This document shows positions 1 to 9,249 of a stretch of 64,000 bases of DNA, in pieces. Made by a program: the position numbers and the translations under genes. This DNA is from Candidatus Dormibacteria bacterium (GTDB taxonomy: Bacteria > Chloroflexota > Dormibacteria > Aeolococcales > Bog-877). Within the stretch, counting starts at the first letter, position 1. Every line of letters begins with the position of its first letter. The stretch spans positions 19,760-83,759 of the forward strand of contig JBJKSO010000075.1 of NCBI GenBank assembly GCA_046703825.1. The letters are read 5' to 3'. The notes under the pieces are model-generated. The model made no database searches, was not told the origin of the DNA, and was given only the letters and a program-made list of their open reading frames with translations.

Positions 1-235
1 TGCGGACCGGCACCACCCCCACCCCGAGCTGGTAGGCGATCACGGAGCCGAAGGTGAAGCCGCGCGACTCAATGCTGGCGACCGCTTGCACACCGTCGTT
101 GGCGAAGAGTGCCGCCAGACGGTCGCAGGCGGAGCGGAAGGCTTCCCCGCTCGCCAGCAGCGGGGTGATGTCGCGGAAGAGGATGCCGGGGTTGGGATAG
201 TCGGGGATGTCCCGGATGTAGGGACGCAGGTCCAT
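1..235 (-). CDS. apt: adenine phosphoribosyltransferase (N-terminal part; gene runs off window start)
   Basis: Reverse-complement of 1-235 translates from ATG (233-235) as MDLRPYIRDIPDYPNPGILFRDITPLLASGEAFRSACDRLAALFANDGVQAVASIESRGFTFGSVIAYQLGVGVVPVR, the canonical APRT N-terminus; not in ORF track because it is cut by the window edge. Confidence 0.85.
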   Translation of the reverse strand, partial: MDLRPYIRDIPDYPNPGILFRDITPLLASGEAFRSACDRLAALFANDGVQAVASIESRGFTFGSVIAYQLGVGVVPVR

Positions 236-324
236 CGCCCTCGTCTGCACCTCAGGAGCCACGGCGCCATGGTATGGGTTCACGGGTGCGGCCGCCGGTC
301 GCGACTCGCCGGCCTGCCCAGAAC

Positions 325-1104
325 TCAGATGGTCTGGGCGGCTGCGGCGGGCAGCTGCGACCACAAAAGGCCCAGAAGCGCCATGAGCGCCGCCCCCAGC
401 ACGATCGGTCCGGCCACCAAGCCGATGTGGGTCGCCTTCTCCAACACCGCGAAGCCAACCGCGACCACCGCCACCGCTGCCGCGATGCTGAGCAGACGCG
501 GCAGCCGGATGGCCGCGAGCCAGACTCCCAGCCTCGGCAGGTGCAGTCCGACCCAACCGGCCACCGCGCCGACCGCGAGTCCGATTGCCAGGCCGGCAGA
601 TACGTCGAGCGGCCAGTGGATGCCGGTGAGCACGCGCGCCCAGCCCACCCCGGCCATGATCAGCAGAGCGGCCAGCCCCAGCCGGTAGCGGCGGGTCACC
701 AGCAAAGTGGCCACCACCGCCCCCCCGAAGGCCATGTGGTCGCTGGGGAAAGAGTTCCCGTGGGCGGCCGCCGCCAGCAGGGGAACGTGGTACGTCGACA
801 GGTAGGGGCGAGGCTCGTACCAGACCGTGCCCGCGAGGTGGTTCAGGAGAAGCGCCAGCACCGCGGCGCCCGCTGCGGCCAGGGAGTCGATCCGGGCCCT
901 ACGGGCGGGGGCGCCGAAGAAGAACAGCGCCACCAGCACGAACGCCAGCGAGAAGATCCCCCACTCCGCCAAAGCGCTGGCGGTGGAGTTCCAGGCGCCT
1001 CCGTGAGGCCCCTGGTGCGCCAGGACCTGGTAGCCCGCGTAGTTCCAGTGCAGCACCGACGGGCCAAGGCTGGTGGCGGCGAGAACGTAGGGCATGAGTA
1101 CCAC
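325..1104 (-). CDS. PAP2-family phosphatase (undecaprenyl-diphosphatase / phosphatidic acid phosphatase-like), multi-TM
   Basis: 259-aa ORF with PAP2 motifs (FPSDHMAFGG; GIHWPLDV) and several hydrophobic helices; GTG at 1104 or ATG at 1095. Confidence 0.75.
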   Translation of the reverse strand: MVLMPYVLAATSLGPSVLHWNYAGYQVLAHQGPHGGAWNSTASALAEWGIFSLAFVLVALFFFGAPARRARIDSLAAAGAAVLALLLNHLAGTVWYEPRPYLSTYHVPLLAAAAHGNSFPSDHMAFGGAVVATLLVTRRYRLGLAALLIMAGVGWARVLTGIHWPLDVSAGLAIGLAVGAVAGWVGLHLPRLGVWLAAIRLPRLLSIAAAVAVVAVGFAVLEKATHIGLVAGPIVLGAALMALLGLLWSQLPAAAAQTI

Positions 1105-1176
1105 CCTCTGAGATCGACCCGACCCACTTTAGTGGAGAAGCCGGCCGCGGCCCAGAGCCCAGTTGGGCGCCGAAGG

Positions 1177-1545
1177 TCAGCGCTCCAGCCGCCTGCGGTC
1201 TGCAAACCCCCGGTCGCGGCCGTGCCACCACTCGACCCGCGCCTCCCCGAGACGCCAGCACAGGTAGACCGGCTCGCCCCCCAGCTTGCCCGGGAAGTCG
1301 ATCAGCCCGGTCTCGGGATCGCGCAACAGGATGCCGTGACGCTCCAGGAAGGCAACATGACCGCGCAGCGCCTCACCGGCCAGCAGCGCCTGAGAGGCGC
1401 GCGCGCCCCCGCCGTTGTGCGGGGCCGTCTGGTGCAGCCGCTCTCTCAGCTCGGGATCGGTGACCGTGCGGAACTGGTCGCGGATTTCCTCGAGCACAGA
1501 GCTCACAACCGGCAGCATCCGGTCCGCCTGCTCGGCTGTGTACAC
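1177..1545 (-). CDS. DUF2203-family conserved hypothetical protein
   Basis: C-terminal 113 aa of the 347-aa ORF (LPVVSSVLEEI...DFPGKLGGEPVYLCWRLGEARVEWWHGRDRGFADRR) matches the DUF2203 pattern; the rest of that ORF is R/G/A-rich shadow. Start is GTG 1545 or TTG 1563. Confidence 0.5.
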   Translation of the reverse strand: MYTAEQADRMLPVVSSVLEEIRDQFRTVTDPELRERLHQTAPHNGGGARASQALLAGEALRGHVAFLERHGILLRDPETGLIDFPGKLGGEPVYLCWRLGEARVEWWHGRDRGFADRRRLER

Positions 1546-1577
1546 GAGGGCGGCGCCCGCCAATTTCGGCCGACCCC

Positions 1578-2216
1578 TCAGATCCGGGGCAGGACGTCGG
1601 CGGCCAGCAGTTCCAGGTGTTCCAGGTCGTCCAGATCCAGCAGCTGCGCATAGACGCGCTGGCAGCCGATCGCGGCCGCCTGCTGAACCCGGTCGACCAC
1701 CTGGTCGGGGGTGCCGCCCAGCCCGTCCTCCAGCAGCTCGGCGGGAGCCCGCCCGATCGCAGCCGCCCGGCGCTCGAACTCGGCCCGGTTGCGACCGCAG
1801 GCTACCGTCAGGGCCACTGAGAATCGCATCGACTCCGGGTCGCGGGCCTCGAGCTCGCAGGCCAGCCGCACCCGGTCGAACTGCTCCCCGCACCACCGCA
1901 GCGGTCGGAAGGCCACGTTGTACTCGGAGGCGAAGCGGGCCGCCAGGGCGGGACCACGATGCTTCCCGCTGCCGCCCATGATGATCGGTGGACCGGGCCG
2001 CTGCCGGGGTTTGGGGAGACCGGGCGCCTGCTCCAGCGAGTAGAACCGGCCGCGGAAGGTGAAGCCCTCCCCCTCTGGCGCTCGCCAGAAGCCAGCGAAG
2101 CCCAGCTCCTCGGTGCGGCGCGCCACCCGCTCGAGCTGCTCGTAGCTTGCCCCCTGCTGCGGCTCCGTGAAGATGTGCAATTCCACTCGGACCCTCCTGT
2201 CCCCTGGCTCCAGCAA
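1578..2216 (-). CDS. luciferase-like (LLM) flavin/F420-dependent oxidoreductase, internally shortened (212 aa; possible pseudogene)
   Basis: N-terminal beta1 module (IFTEPQQGASYEQL...EELGFAGFW) and typical C-terminal half (PPIIMGGSG..AARFASEYNV..GTPDQVVDRVQQAAAIGCQRVYAQL..DLEHLELLAADVLP) are present, but about 100-120 aa of a normal 300-350 aa LLM barrel are missing. Confidence 0.5.
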   Translation of the reverse strand: MLEPGDRRVRVELHIFTEPQQGASYEQLERVARRTEELGFAGFWRAPEGEGFTFRGRFYSLEQAPGLPKPRQRPGPPIIMGGSGKHRGPALAARFASEYNVAFRPLRWCGEQFDRVRLACELEARDPESMRFSVALTVACGRNRAEFERRAAAIGRAPAELLEDGLGGTPDQVVDRVQQAAAIGCQRVYAQLLDLDDLEHLELLAADVLPRI

Positions 2217-2242
2217 GCATGGCGCCGTCGGGCTCCGGCCGC

Positions 2243-3238
2243 TCAGCTAGCGCTTCGCCGGACCAGCTCTACCCAGGGAGTCGGCAGCGCCCACCGCTCC
2301 AGGGCTAGGTCGTCCACCCGGCGACCGGCCATGATCTCCCGGTGGCAGCGGCGAGCCCATCCGGCGAGGCGAAAGGCGTCGGCCCAGCCGCCCAGCCAGG
2401 AGCCGGGGTGCCGCCGCAAGGCCAGTCCGGCGCGCAGCAGGTCGAACGCGACCGCCTCGGCCCGGCCGCTCCCCCGGCGCCAACTGGGTGGGGCGTTGCG
2501 CAGCCAGACCAGGATGTGGTTTGCGACCACGCGCCGCTCGATCGCCGCCGACCGATGCAGGCCGGTCCCGCCCCGGCGGTGGGTGGCGGTTGCGCCCGGC
2601 TCGTACCACGCACGCCAGCCGCGCCAGCGCGCGCGCCAGTCCAGGTCCACGTCCTCGAGGTAGGCGAAGAGACGGCCCGGGAAGATTTCGCCCTCCAGCG
2701 CCACGTCCTCGAGCATCGAGCGGCGGTACATCGCCGCCGCCGCGGAGACGCCGAAGACTTCGGCCGCTTGCGGGAAATTCTCGGCAGCGTCGGCCAGTCC
2801 CTGGCCCCGGTTGCTCACCCAGCCCGAGCGGTGCAGGGCGGGGCCGGTGCTGTCGAGCTTGCCCCCCTCGGCGCGCCGCAGGCGGCCGGTGACGCTGCCG
2901 ATCTCTTCCGAGCTGAGCAGGCGACTGACGCAGGCGGCCAGGTAGCCGGGATCCGGGAAGCAGTCCGAGTTGCACAGGAACACCAGCGGGTGCTGGCTTT
3001 GGCCGATCGCCTGGTTGGCGGCGACGGCGAACCCCAGGTTGCTTTGGTTGCGGATGAGGTTGACGTCTGGCTGGCGCTGGAGCCACTCGCAGGAGCCGTC
3101 GGTGGACCCGTTGTCCACCACCACCAGCTCGGCGGGGGCCTCGGTCTGGCGGCGCAGCGCTTCCACGGCGGCGGGAACGTCGGCCAGCCCGTTCCAGTTG
3201 AGCAGAACCGCGGACACCGCCGGGCGTCCCAGACTCAC
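2243..3238 (-). CDS. family-2 glycosyltransferase (rhamnosyltransferase-like)
   Basis: AVSAVLLNWNG..VVDNGSTDGS..NLGFAVAANQ..CNSDC..ED.D motifs; the ORF's N-terminal 45 aa are low complexity. GTG at 3238 overlaps the upstream gene stop (GTGA at 3235-3238). Confidence 0.75.
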   Translation of the reverse strand: MSLGRPAVSAVLLNWNGLADVPAAVEALRRQTEAPAELVVVDNGSTDGSCEWLQRQPDVNLIRNQSNLGFAVAANQAIGQSQHPLVFLCNSDCFPDPGYLAACVSRLLSSEEIGSVTGRLRRAEGGKLDSTGPALHRSGWVSNRGQGLADAAENFPQAAEVFGVSAAAAMYRRSMLEDVALEGEIFPGRLFAYLEDVDLDWRARWRGWRAWYEPGATATHRRGGTGLHRSAAIERRVVANHILVWLRNAPPSWRRGSGRAEAVAFDLLRAGLALRRHPGSWLGGWADAFRLAGWARRCHREIMAGRRVDDLALERWALPTPWVELVRRSAS

Positions 3239-4179
3239 GGGCTGACCCTGGGATCGCGGCGCACAAGATTGAGCCCGGCCAGGCAGGCGAAGCGACCCCA
3301 GATCCCCAGCGCCACCGCCGGGGCCAGCAGACGCCCCGCGCCGCTGAAGTAGTGAAGCCGGTAGAAGCGCCACATGGATCGGTGGAACTGACGCAGCATG
3401 GGGATCACCCGTTGCCGCGAGCTTTGGCCCTTGAGATGTAGAACCCGCGCCGCCGGCTCGTACCAGACAACGTAGCCGAGCTGCCGAAGCTGCCAGCAGA
3501 GCTCCAGATCCTCGCCGTACATGAAGTAGCCTTCGTCCAGCCCGCCGACCCGGTCCCAGAGCTCGCGGCGCACCAGCAGGCAGGCGCCGGTACCGGCGTC
3601 GACCGCCATGGCGCGATCGGCGGGGATGTGGTCGAGGTTGTAGGCGGAGAGCCGGGGGCTGGTCGGCAGCAGCCGACCCAGGCGGCTCAGCCGCCAGAAG
3701 GCGGTCTCCGGGTCAGGGAAGGACCGACGGCAGGCGCGGTCCAGGCTGCCGTCGGTCCGCTCCACCCTGGGAGAGATCGCTCCGCGCTTGGGATCGGCTG
3801 CCAGCGCGGCCAGCATCGCAGCCAGCGCCCCCCGCTGCACCCGAGCGTCCGGGTTGAGCATCAGCAGGTAGTCGCCGCCAACGTCGCCGGCACCGAGGTT
3901 CACCGCCCGCGAGAAACCCAGGTTGTCCTTTAGCGCCAGCAGCCGCACTTCGGGGAACCGCTGGCGCAGCCACTCCACGGTGCCATCGCCAGATCCGTTG
4001 TCCACCACGGTGACCTGCTCCGGCAGGACACGCTCGTGGAGGCAGGAGGCGATGGCTTCGCCGACATCCCGCCGAGACTGGAAAGTGCAGATCACCACCC
4101 GGACCCGCCCGGGATCGTCCGCCGCCACCGCGCTAGCCGCCCGCCAGAGCCACTGCAATCGGGCCGCGGCGCTGCTCAT
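3235..4179 (-). CDS. family-2 glycosyltransferase
   Basis: VRVVICTFQSRRD..TVVDNGSGDGT..NLGFSRAVNLG..LNPDA..GEDLELCWQL motifs; ATG at 4179 (internal M of the 350-aa ORF), overlapping the rmlD 3' end by 47 nt. Confidence 0.8.
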   Translation of the reverse strand: MSSAAARLQWLWRAASAVAADDPGRVRVVICTFQSRRDVGEAIASCLHERVLPEQVTVVDNGSGDGTVEWLRQRFPEVRLLALKDNLGFSRAVNLGAGDVGGDYLLMLNPDARVQRGALAAMLAALAADPKRGAISPRVERTDGSLDRACRRSFPDPETAFWRLSRLGRLLPTSPRLSAYNLDHIPADRAMAVDAGTGACLLVRRELWDRVGGLDEGYFMYGEDLELCWQLRQLGYVVWYEPAARVLHLKGQSSRQRVIPMLRQFHRSMWRFYRLHYFSGAGRLLAPAVALGIWGRFACLAGLNLVRRDPRVSP

Positions 4180-5017
4180 GCACCCACTCCGCCAGCTGAG
4201 CCCGCCAATCGCGCAGGGGAGACAGCCCGATCCGGGACCAGGCGCGGTGACCGAGCACCGAGTAGCGGGGACGGAACGCCGCCGCACCCCACTGCTCGGT
4301 GCTGACCGCAGTTATCGAGGTGGCCAGACCCACCTCTCGCAGACACAGGCGAGCGAACCCCAGCCAGGTCGTGCTTCCCTCCCCGCTGATGTGGTAGACG
4401 CCGTACTGATCTCCAGGGATCAGCTCGACCAGCGCCGCCGCCAGGTCGCCCGTCCAGGTGGGCGACCCGACCTGGTCGGACACCACCCGGAGCTCGCGGC
4501 CGGTGGCCGCGGCGCGGATGATGGCGAGGGGAAAGTTGGGCCCGGAGTTGCCGTAGAGCCAGGAGGTCCGTACCAGGAAGCAGGGAGCACCCGAGGCCAG
4601 GCAGGCGACCTCGCCGGCGCGCTTGCTCTGCGCGTAGACGCCGCGCGGCCGCGGCTCCTCGGACTCGTCGAAGGGGCCCTCCGCCTCGGTCCGAGACTGT
4701 CCGAAGACGAAGTCGGTGCTGATGTGGCAGAGCGGGATCGAGGCGCGGGCGCAGGCCCGCGCGACCAGCTCGGCACCGTCGCGGTTGACGGCGAACGCCG
4801 CCTCAGCCTCAGACTCGGCCCGGTCCACGGCGGTGTAGGCGGCGCAGTTCACCACCCGCTGGAAGTCGCCCCCGGCCAGAGCTGAATCCACCTGCTCGGC
4901 CCGGGTGACGTCGATCTCCCGCCGCCCGGCAGCGACCACCTCGTGACCAGCGGCGGCAAGGCGCGGAACCAGGTCGCGGCCAAGCTGTCCGCCCGCTCCC
5001 AGCACCAGTACGCGCAA
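4133..5017 (-). CDS. rmlD: dTDP-4-dehydrorhamnose reductase
   Basis: 294 aa; MRVLVLGAGGQLGRDL Rossmann N-terminus and RmlD-like body; sits in rml gene order. Confidence 0.9.
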   Translation of the reverse strand: MRVLVLGAGGQLGRDLVPRLAAAGHEVVAAGRREIDVTRAEQVDSALAGGDFQRVVNCAAYTAVDRAESEAEAAFAVNRDGAELVARACARASIPLCHISTDFVFGQSRTEAEGPFDESEEPRPRGVYAQSKRAGEVACLASGAPCFLVRTSWLYGNSGPNFPLAIIRAAATGRELRVVSDQVGSPTWTGDLAAALVELIPGDQYGVYHISGEGSTTWLGFARLCLREVGLATSITAVSTEQWGAAAFRPRYSVLGHRAWSRIGLSPLRDWRAQLAEWVHEQRRGPIAVALAGG

Positions 5018-5025
5018 GGTCGGGG

Positions 5026-6090
5026 TCAGCTAGACGCGGCCGGTTCTTCGAGCGGCCGGTAGTTCCTGCGGTAGAAGTCCCAGAAGGCTCCCGATTTGAT
5101 CGGGCGCCACCAGTCCTGATGGCTCTGGTACCAGGCGACGGTGCTCTCCATCCCCGCGCGGAAGCTGGTGGCGGGTCGCCAGCCCAGCCCCTCCGCCTTG
5201 GAGCTGTCCAACGCGTAGCGGCGGTCGTGGCCGAGCCGGTCGGCGACCCGCTCGATCAGTCCTTGGTCGCGGCCGGTCAACTCCAGCACGGTGGCGGCCA
5301 CTCGGTTGCCGTCCACCAGCTCATCCCCCTGCCCCAGGTTGTAGGCCTCCCCTACCCGGCCCCGGGCCAGCACGGCGGCGATGCCGCTCGCGTGATCGTC
5401 GACATAGAGGTAGTCCCGCTGGGCTCGGCCATCCCCGTACACCGGCAAGGGGTGGCCGTCCAGCGCGTGGGTGATGAACAGCGGGACGATCTTCTCCGGG
5501 TACTGGTAGGGGCCGTAGGTGTTGGATCCGCGGGTGACCAGCACCGGCAGCCCGTAGGTAGAGGAGTAGGCGAAGCAGAGCATCTCGGCAGCCGCCTTGC
5601 TGGCGGAGTAGGGCGAGCGGGGCCGCAGGGGATCCTGCTCGCGCGACCGCGCCGGCGCCGCCACATCCCCGTAGACCTCGTCGGTCGACACCTGCAGGAA
5701 GCGCAGGTGTTGGTGGCTGCGCGCCGCCTCCAGGAGCACGTGGGTCCCCAGCACGTCGGTCCGGATGAACGCATCCGGTTCCAGGATGGAGCGGTCGACG
5801 TGGGTCTCGGCGGCGAAGTTGACGATGCAGTCCGTCTCGGCCGCCAGCCGCCCCACCAGCTCGCGGTCGCAGATGTCACCGCGGACGAAGTCGAAGTTGC
5901 TGTGACCGGCGACCGGATCCAGGTTGGCGCGGTTGCCCGCGTAGGTGAGTTTGTCCAGCACCGTGACCTTGGGGGCCCGCGGTTGGGCGAGCAACAGCCG
6001 CACGAACGCCGAGCCGATGAAGCCGGCTGCCCCCGCCACCAGCAGGCGTGGCGGCATGGCCGCGGCCAGCTCCTCCTGCCGGTCGCCCAT
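5026..6090 (-). CDS. rmlB: dTDP-glucose 4,6-dehydratase
   Basis: 354 aa; GAAGFIGS, YSASKAAAE (YxxxK), PVYGDGRAQRDYLYVDDH motifs; ATG at 6090 directly follows the rmlC stop. Confidence 0.95.
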   Translation of the reverse strand: MGDRQEELAAAMPPRLLVAGAAGFIGSAFVRLLLAQPRAPKVTVLDKLTYAGNRANLDPVAGHSNFDFVRGDICDRELVGRLAAETDCIVNFAAETHVDRSILEPDAFIRTDVLGTHVLLEAARSHQHLRFLQVSTDEVYGDVAAPARSREQDPLRPRSPYSASKAAAEMLCFAYSSTYGLPVLVTRGSNTYGPYQYPEKIVPLFITHALDGHPLPVYGDGRAQRDYLYVDDHASGIAAVLARGRVGEAYNLGQGDELVDGNRVAATVLELTGRDQGLIERVADRLGHDRRYALDSSKAEGLGWRPATSFRAGMESTVAWYQSHQDWWRPIKSGAFWDFYRRNYRPLEEPAASS

Positions 6091-6642
6091 CTATATGTTC
6101 TCCACGCTCCAGTCGAAGCCGATGCGCTCGTCGTTCCAGGGAATCCGGCCCTCGTCGGGGTTCTCCGGGTCGTAGGGCTCGGTGACGTAGTAGCAGAGCG
6201 TGACGTCGCGCAAGCCCAGCACCTGGTAACCGTGCGCCACCCGGGGTGGAATCGCCACCATCTTGGGCGCGTGCTCGCCGGCGATGACCACCTGGGTACG
6301 GCCGGCGGTGGGCGACTCCTCGCGCAGGTCCACCAGGACGATCCGGGCCTGGCCGCTGACCATGTCCCAGTAGTCCCACTGCTTGCGGTGCCAGTGGAAG
6401 GCCTTGATCAGCTCGGGGGGGTTGCCACCGCGGGCGAAGGCGAGCGACCGGGACATCTGCGCGAAGGGCTGAGGGGGCAAAAACTCCCGGCCCTGGTCAT
6501 CGCGGTCGCCGCGCTTGAGCTGTTCCAAAAAGAAGCCGCGCTGGTCAGCGTGGACGGTGAACGGCTTGATCATGACTCCGTCGACGCGGCCCACCCGCTC
6601 CGCCGGGGGCCGGCGGCGCATCTGCTCCAGCACCGACGCCAT
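6091..6642 (-). CDS. rmlC: dTDP-4-dehydrorhamnose 3,5-epimerase
   Basis: RVDGVMIKPFTVHADQRGFFLE..HWH..RVAHGYQVL cupin motifs; ATG 6642 chosen (6621 alternative), since the ORF upstream extension would overlap rmlA. Confidence 0.85.
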   Translation of the reverse strand: MASVLEQMRRRPPAERVGRVDGVMIKPFTVHADQRGFFLEQLKRGDRDDQGREFLPPQPFAQMSRSLAFARGGNPPELIKAFHWHRKQWDYWDMVSGQARIVLVDLREESPTAGRTQVVIAGEHAPKMVAIPPRVAHGYQVLGLRDVTLCYYVTEPYDPENPDEGRIPWNDERIGFDWSVENI

Positions 6643-6673
6643 CGATTCCAGCAGTGGCTGCCAGGCCATCGGC

Positions 6674-7747
6674 TCAGGCCACGCTGACGTGCGAGTGGTC
6701 GCCCAGCATGAGCCGGTGTGCCCGCGGGCGCCCATCGCTGCTCTCGATTACGACGTCCCTCCCAATCAGCGAATCTTCGATCTTGGTGGCGACACCGCGG
6801 ATCCGGGTGTGCTGCAGCACGATGGCGTGCTCGATCTCGCTGCCCTCGATCACCACGTCGTGGTAGATGGCGGTGAAGGGTCCGACGAAGGAATCCACCA
6901 CCCTGGAGCGAGCGCCGATGATGGCGGGTCCGCGGATCGTACTGCGCAGCACCTGCGCGCCCTCCTCCACGATCACCTTGCCCAGAAGGCGGGAGTCATC
7001 CGACACCTGGCCCTCGCGCCGCTCCGGGAGCATGTCCAGCACCACCCGGTTGCACTCCAACAGGTCGTCCATCTTGCCGGTGTCGATCCAGCGGCCCTCA
7101 ACCAGGTGGGAGACCACCCGGCGGCCGTGGTCGATCTGCCACTGGATCGCGTCGGTGATCTCGAGCTCACCGCGCCTGGAGGGCTGGATGGCATCGACCG
7201 CCTCCAGGATGTTGGGTTGGAACAGGTAGACCCCGACCAGCACCAGATCCGAGCGCGGCTGGGGCGGCTTCTCGGTGAGACGCACCACCCGGTCTCCCTC
7301 CAGCTCGGCAACTCCGAACCGCTCCGGGTTCGGCATCTGCTTGAGCATGATCAAAGCATCCGGCTGCAGCTGCCGGAACTCCTCCACCACCGCCTTGATC
7401 CCGCCGGTGATGAAGTTGTCCCCCAGGTACATCGCGAAAGGGGACCCGGACAAGAAATCTCGCGCCGCCTTGACGGCGTGAGCCAGCCCCAGCGGCTGCG
7501 TCTGGGGGATGAAGCTGATCCGGGCTCCGAACCGGGATCCGTCGCCCACCGCCTCGCGGACCTCGTCGGCGGTGTCGCCGACCACAATCCCGATCTCGGT
7601 GATGCCGGCCTCCACCAGCGCCTCCAACCCGTAGAAGAGCACCGGCTTGTTGGCGATCGGGATGAGTTGCTTGGCACCGGTGTGGGTGATCGGCCGCAGC
7701 CGGGTGCCCTTTCCCCCGCTCAGCACCAGGCCCTTCACGGCGGACAA
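6674..7747 (-). CDS. rmlA: glucose-1-phosphate thymidylyltransferase (long form with C-terminal left-handed beta-helix)
   Basis: 357 aa; GLVLSGGKGTRLRPITHTGAKQL nucleotidyltransferase N-terminus and hexapeptide-repeat C-terminal half. Confidence 0.9.
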   Translation of the reverse strand: MSAVKGLVLSGGKGTRLRPITHTGAKQLIPIANKPVLFYGLEALVEAGITEIGIVVGDTADEVREAVGDGSRFGARISFIPQTQPLGLAHAVKAARDFLSGSPFAMYLGDNFITGGIKAVVEEFRQLQPDALIMLKQMPNPERFGVAELEGDRVVRLTEKPPQPRSDLVLVGVYLFQPNILEAVDAIQPSRRGELEITDAIQWQIDHGRRVVSHLVEGRWIDTGKMDDLLECNRVVLDMLPERREGQVSDDSRLLGKVIVEEGAQVLRSTIRGPAIIGARSRVVDSFVGPFTAIYHDVVIEGSEIEHAIVLQHTRIRGVATKIEDSLIGRDVVIESSDGRPRAHRLMLGDHSHVSVA

Positions 7748-7785
7748 GGCTAGCAGTTCACCTGGATGCGCCCCTCAGGCCTGGA

Positions 7786-9246
7786 TCAGTAGGCGTGCCG
7801 GTGGAAGATGATCCTCCAGGGGGTGAGCAGGAGGATCTTGATGTCGAAGCCAAGCGACCAGTTCTCCACGTAGTAGAGGTCGTAGTAGATGCGTTCCTCC
7901 ATGCTGCTCCCCTGGCGCAGGTCGTTCACCTGCGCCCAACCGGTGCAGCCGGGCAGCGCCTGCAGCCGCTCGCGGTAGCGCGGCACCTGCTCCTCAAACT
8001 GGTGCGCGAAGAATGGCCGCTCCGGCCGCGGGCCAACCAGGCTCATCTCGCCTACGAGCACGTTCCAGAGCTGGGGCAGCTCGTCCAGGCTGAAGCGGCG
8101 AACGAAGCGCCCGACCGGGGTGCGCCGGGAGTCGTCGGCGCTGGTCATGACCGGGCCGGTCTTGGCCTCGGCATCCCTGACCATCGAGCGCAGCTTCCAG
8201 ACATGGAAGGGACGCCCCCGCCGGCCGAGCCGCTCCTGGCGGTAGAAGGGCGCGCCCGGTGAGGTGACCACGATCGCCAGGCAGCACACCGCCAGCACCG
8301 GGATCGCCACCACCGCCAGCAGCAGGGTGGCGAGGACGTCAAAGGTCCGCTTGACCACCAGGTTGGCCCCCACCAGCCGGCTGGGGCGCAGCCCCACCAG
8401 GGGCAGGCCGCCCACCTCCTCGGTCCGGGCGGCGGTGGTCATGATCTCCAAAACGTCGGGCACGACCTTCACTTCGGCGCCGGCCTCCATGCAGATGCGC
8501 GCCAGGTTGACCACCCGCTCGTTGCTGACCCCGCTGAGCGCCAGCAGCACCTGGTCGGCGCGCTCCCGCACCACCAGCTTGCCCAGGCCAACCGATAGGT
8601 CGAAGGCGGGCACCTCGCCCCCAGCCGCGGCGTCGGGTGCCCCGGCCACCGCCACCCGACCCACCACCCGGTAGCCGTACTCGGGGAACATCCGGAGCCG
8701 CCGCAGCAGGAGCTCCGCCACCGGCCCCCCGCCCACGACCAACACCCGGGTGGCACCGTGGCCGGCGCGGAGCAGGCCCTGCTGGAGCGCCCGCACCAAG
8801 GACCGCTCCAGCATGAAGAGGACCACCGACCCAACAGCGGCGTCCGCGAGCACCAGCCGCGAGTAGGGGAACTGGCGGTAAGCGCCCTCCAGCGCCAGCG
8901 CCAGCACCACAAACAGGGCCACCGAGCCCACGGCCCCAAGTAGCTCGTCGGCCAGCGACTGGCCGCGGTCGACCCGGTAGCGACCGGTGAAGGCGAAGAC
9001 CAAGACCCAGAGCAGCGCCACCACCGGCACCGCCATGGCGTAGGCCGTGAGGCTCGGCACCGCGCCGCCGGGGATGGGAACGCCGGAGATGTAGAAGCGG
9101 TACCAGTAGGCTCCGAAGGCGGCCGCGGCCACCGCCAGCCCGTCGCCGAGCACGCGCAGCGCCGGAAACACGCGGACCCACTGGCCACGGGGCCGGGCGG
9201 CGACCGCCACCTCCAGCGGGCGGATCAAGGGACCCGATTCAGCCAA
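7786..9246 (-). CDS. undecaprenyl-phosphate sugar phosphotransferase (WbaP/WcaJ-like initiating transferase)
   Basis: 486 aa; N-terminal TM helices plus bacterial sugar transferase domain (KRTFDVLATLLL..PGAPFYRQERLGRRGRPFHVWKLRSM..DELPQLWNVLVGEMSLVGPRPERP). Confidence 0.85.
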   Translation of the reverse strand: MAESGPLIRPLEVAVAARPRGQWVRVFPALRVLGDGLAVAAAAFGAYWYRFYISGVPIPGGAVPSLTAYAMAVPVVALLWVLVFAFTGRYRVDRGQSLADELLGAVGSVALFVVLALALEGAYRQFPYSRLVLADAAVGSVVLFMLERSLVRALQQGLLRAGHGATRVLVVGGGPVAELLLRRLRMFPEYGYRVVGRVAVAGAPDAAAGGEVPAFDLSVGLGKLVVRERADQVLLALSGVSNERVVNLARICMEAGAEVKVVPDVLEIMTTAARTEEVGGLPLVGLRPSRLVGANLVVKRTFDVLATLLLAVVAIPVLAVCCLAIVVTSPGAPFYRQERLGRRGRPFHVWKLRSMVRDAEAKTGPVMTSADDSRRTPVGRFVRRFSLDELPQLWNVLVGEMSLVGPRPERPFFAHQFEEQVPRYRERLQALPGCTGWAQVNDLRQGSSMEERIYYDLYYVENWSLGFDIKILLLTPWRIIFHRHAY

Positions 9247-9249
9247 CGC

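Noticed and set aside
274-2220. Long ORFs of 347-459 aa overlapping the PAP2, DUF2203 and LLM genes in other frames (274-1653 plus, 1177-2220 minus).
   Set aside because: Translations are Arg/Gly/Ala/Pro-rich low-complexity typical of off-frame reading of 70% GC DNA. The real genes are recognisable in the alternate frames, so these are shadow ORFs.
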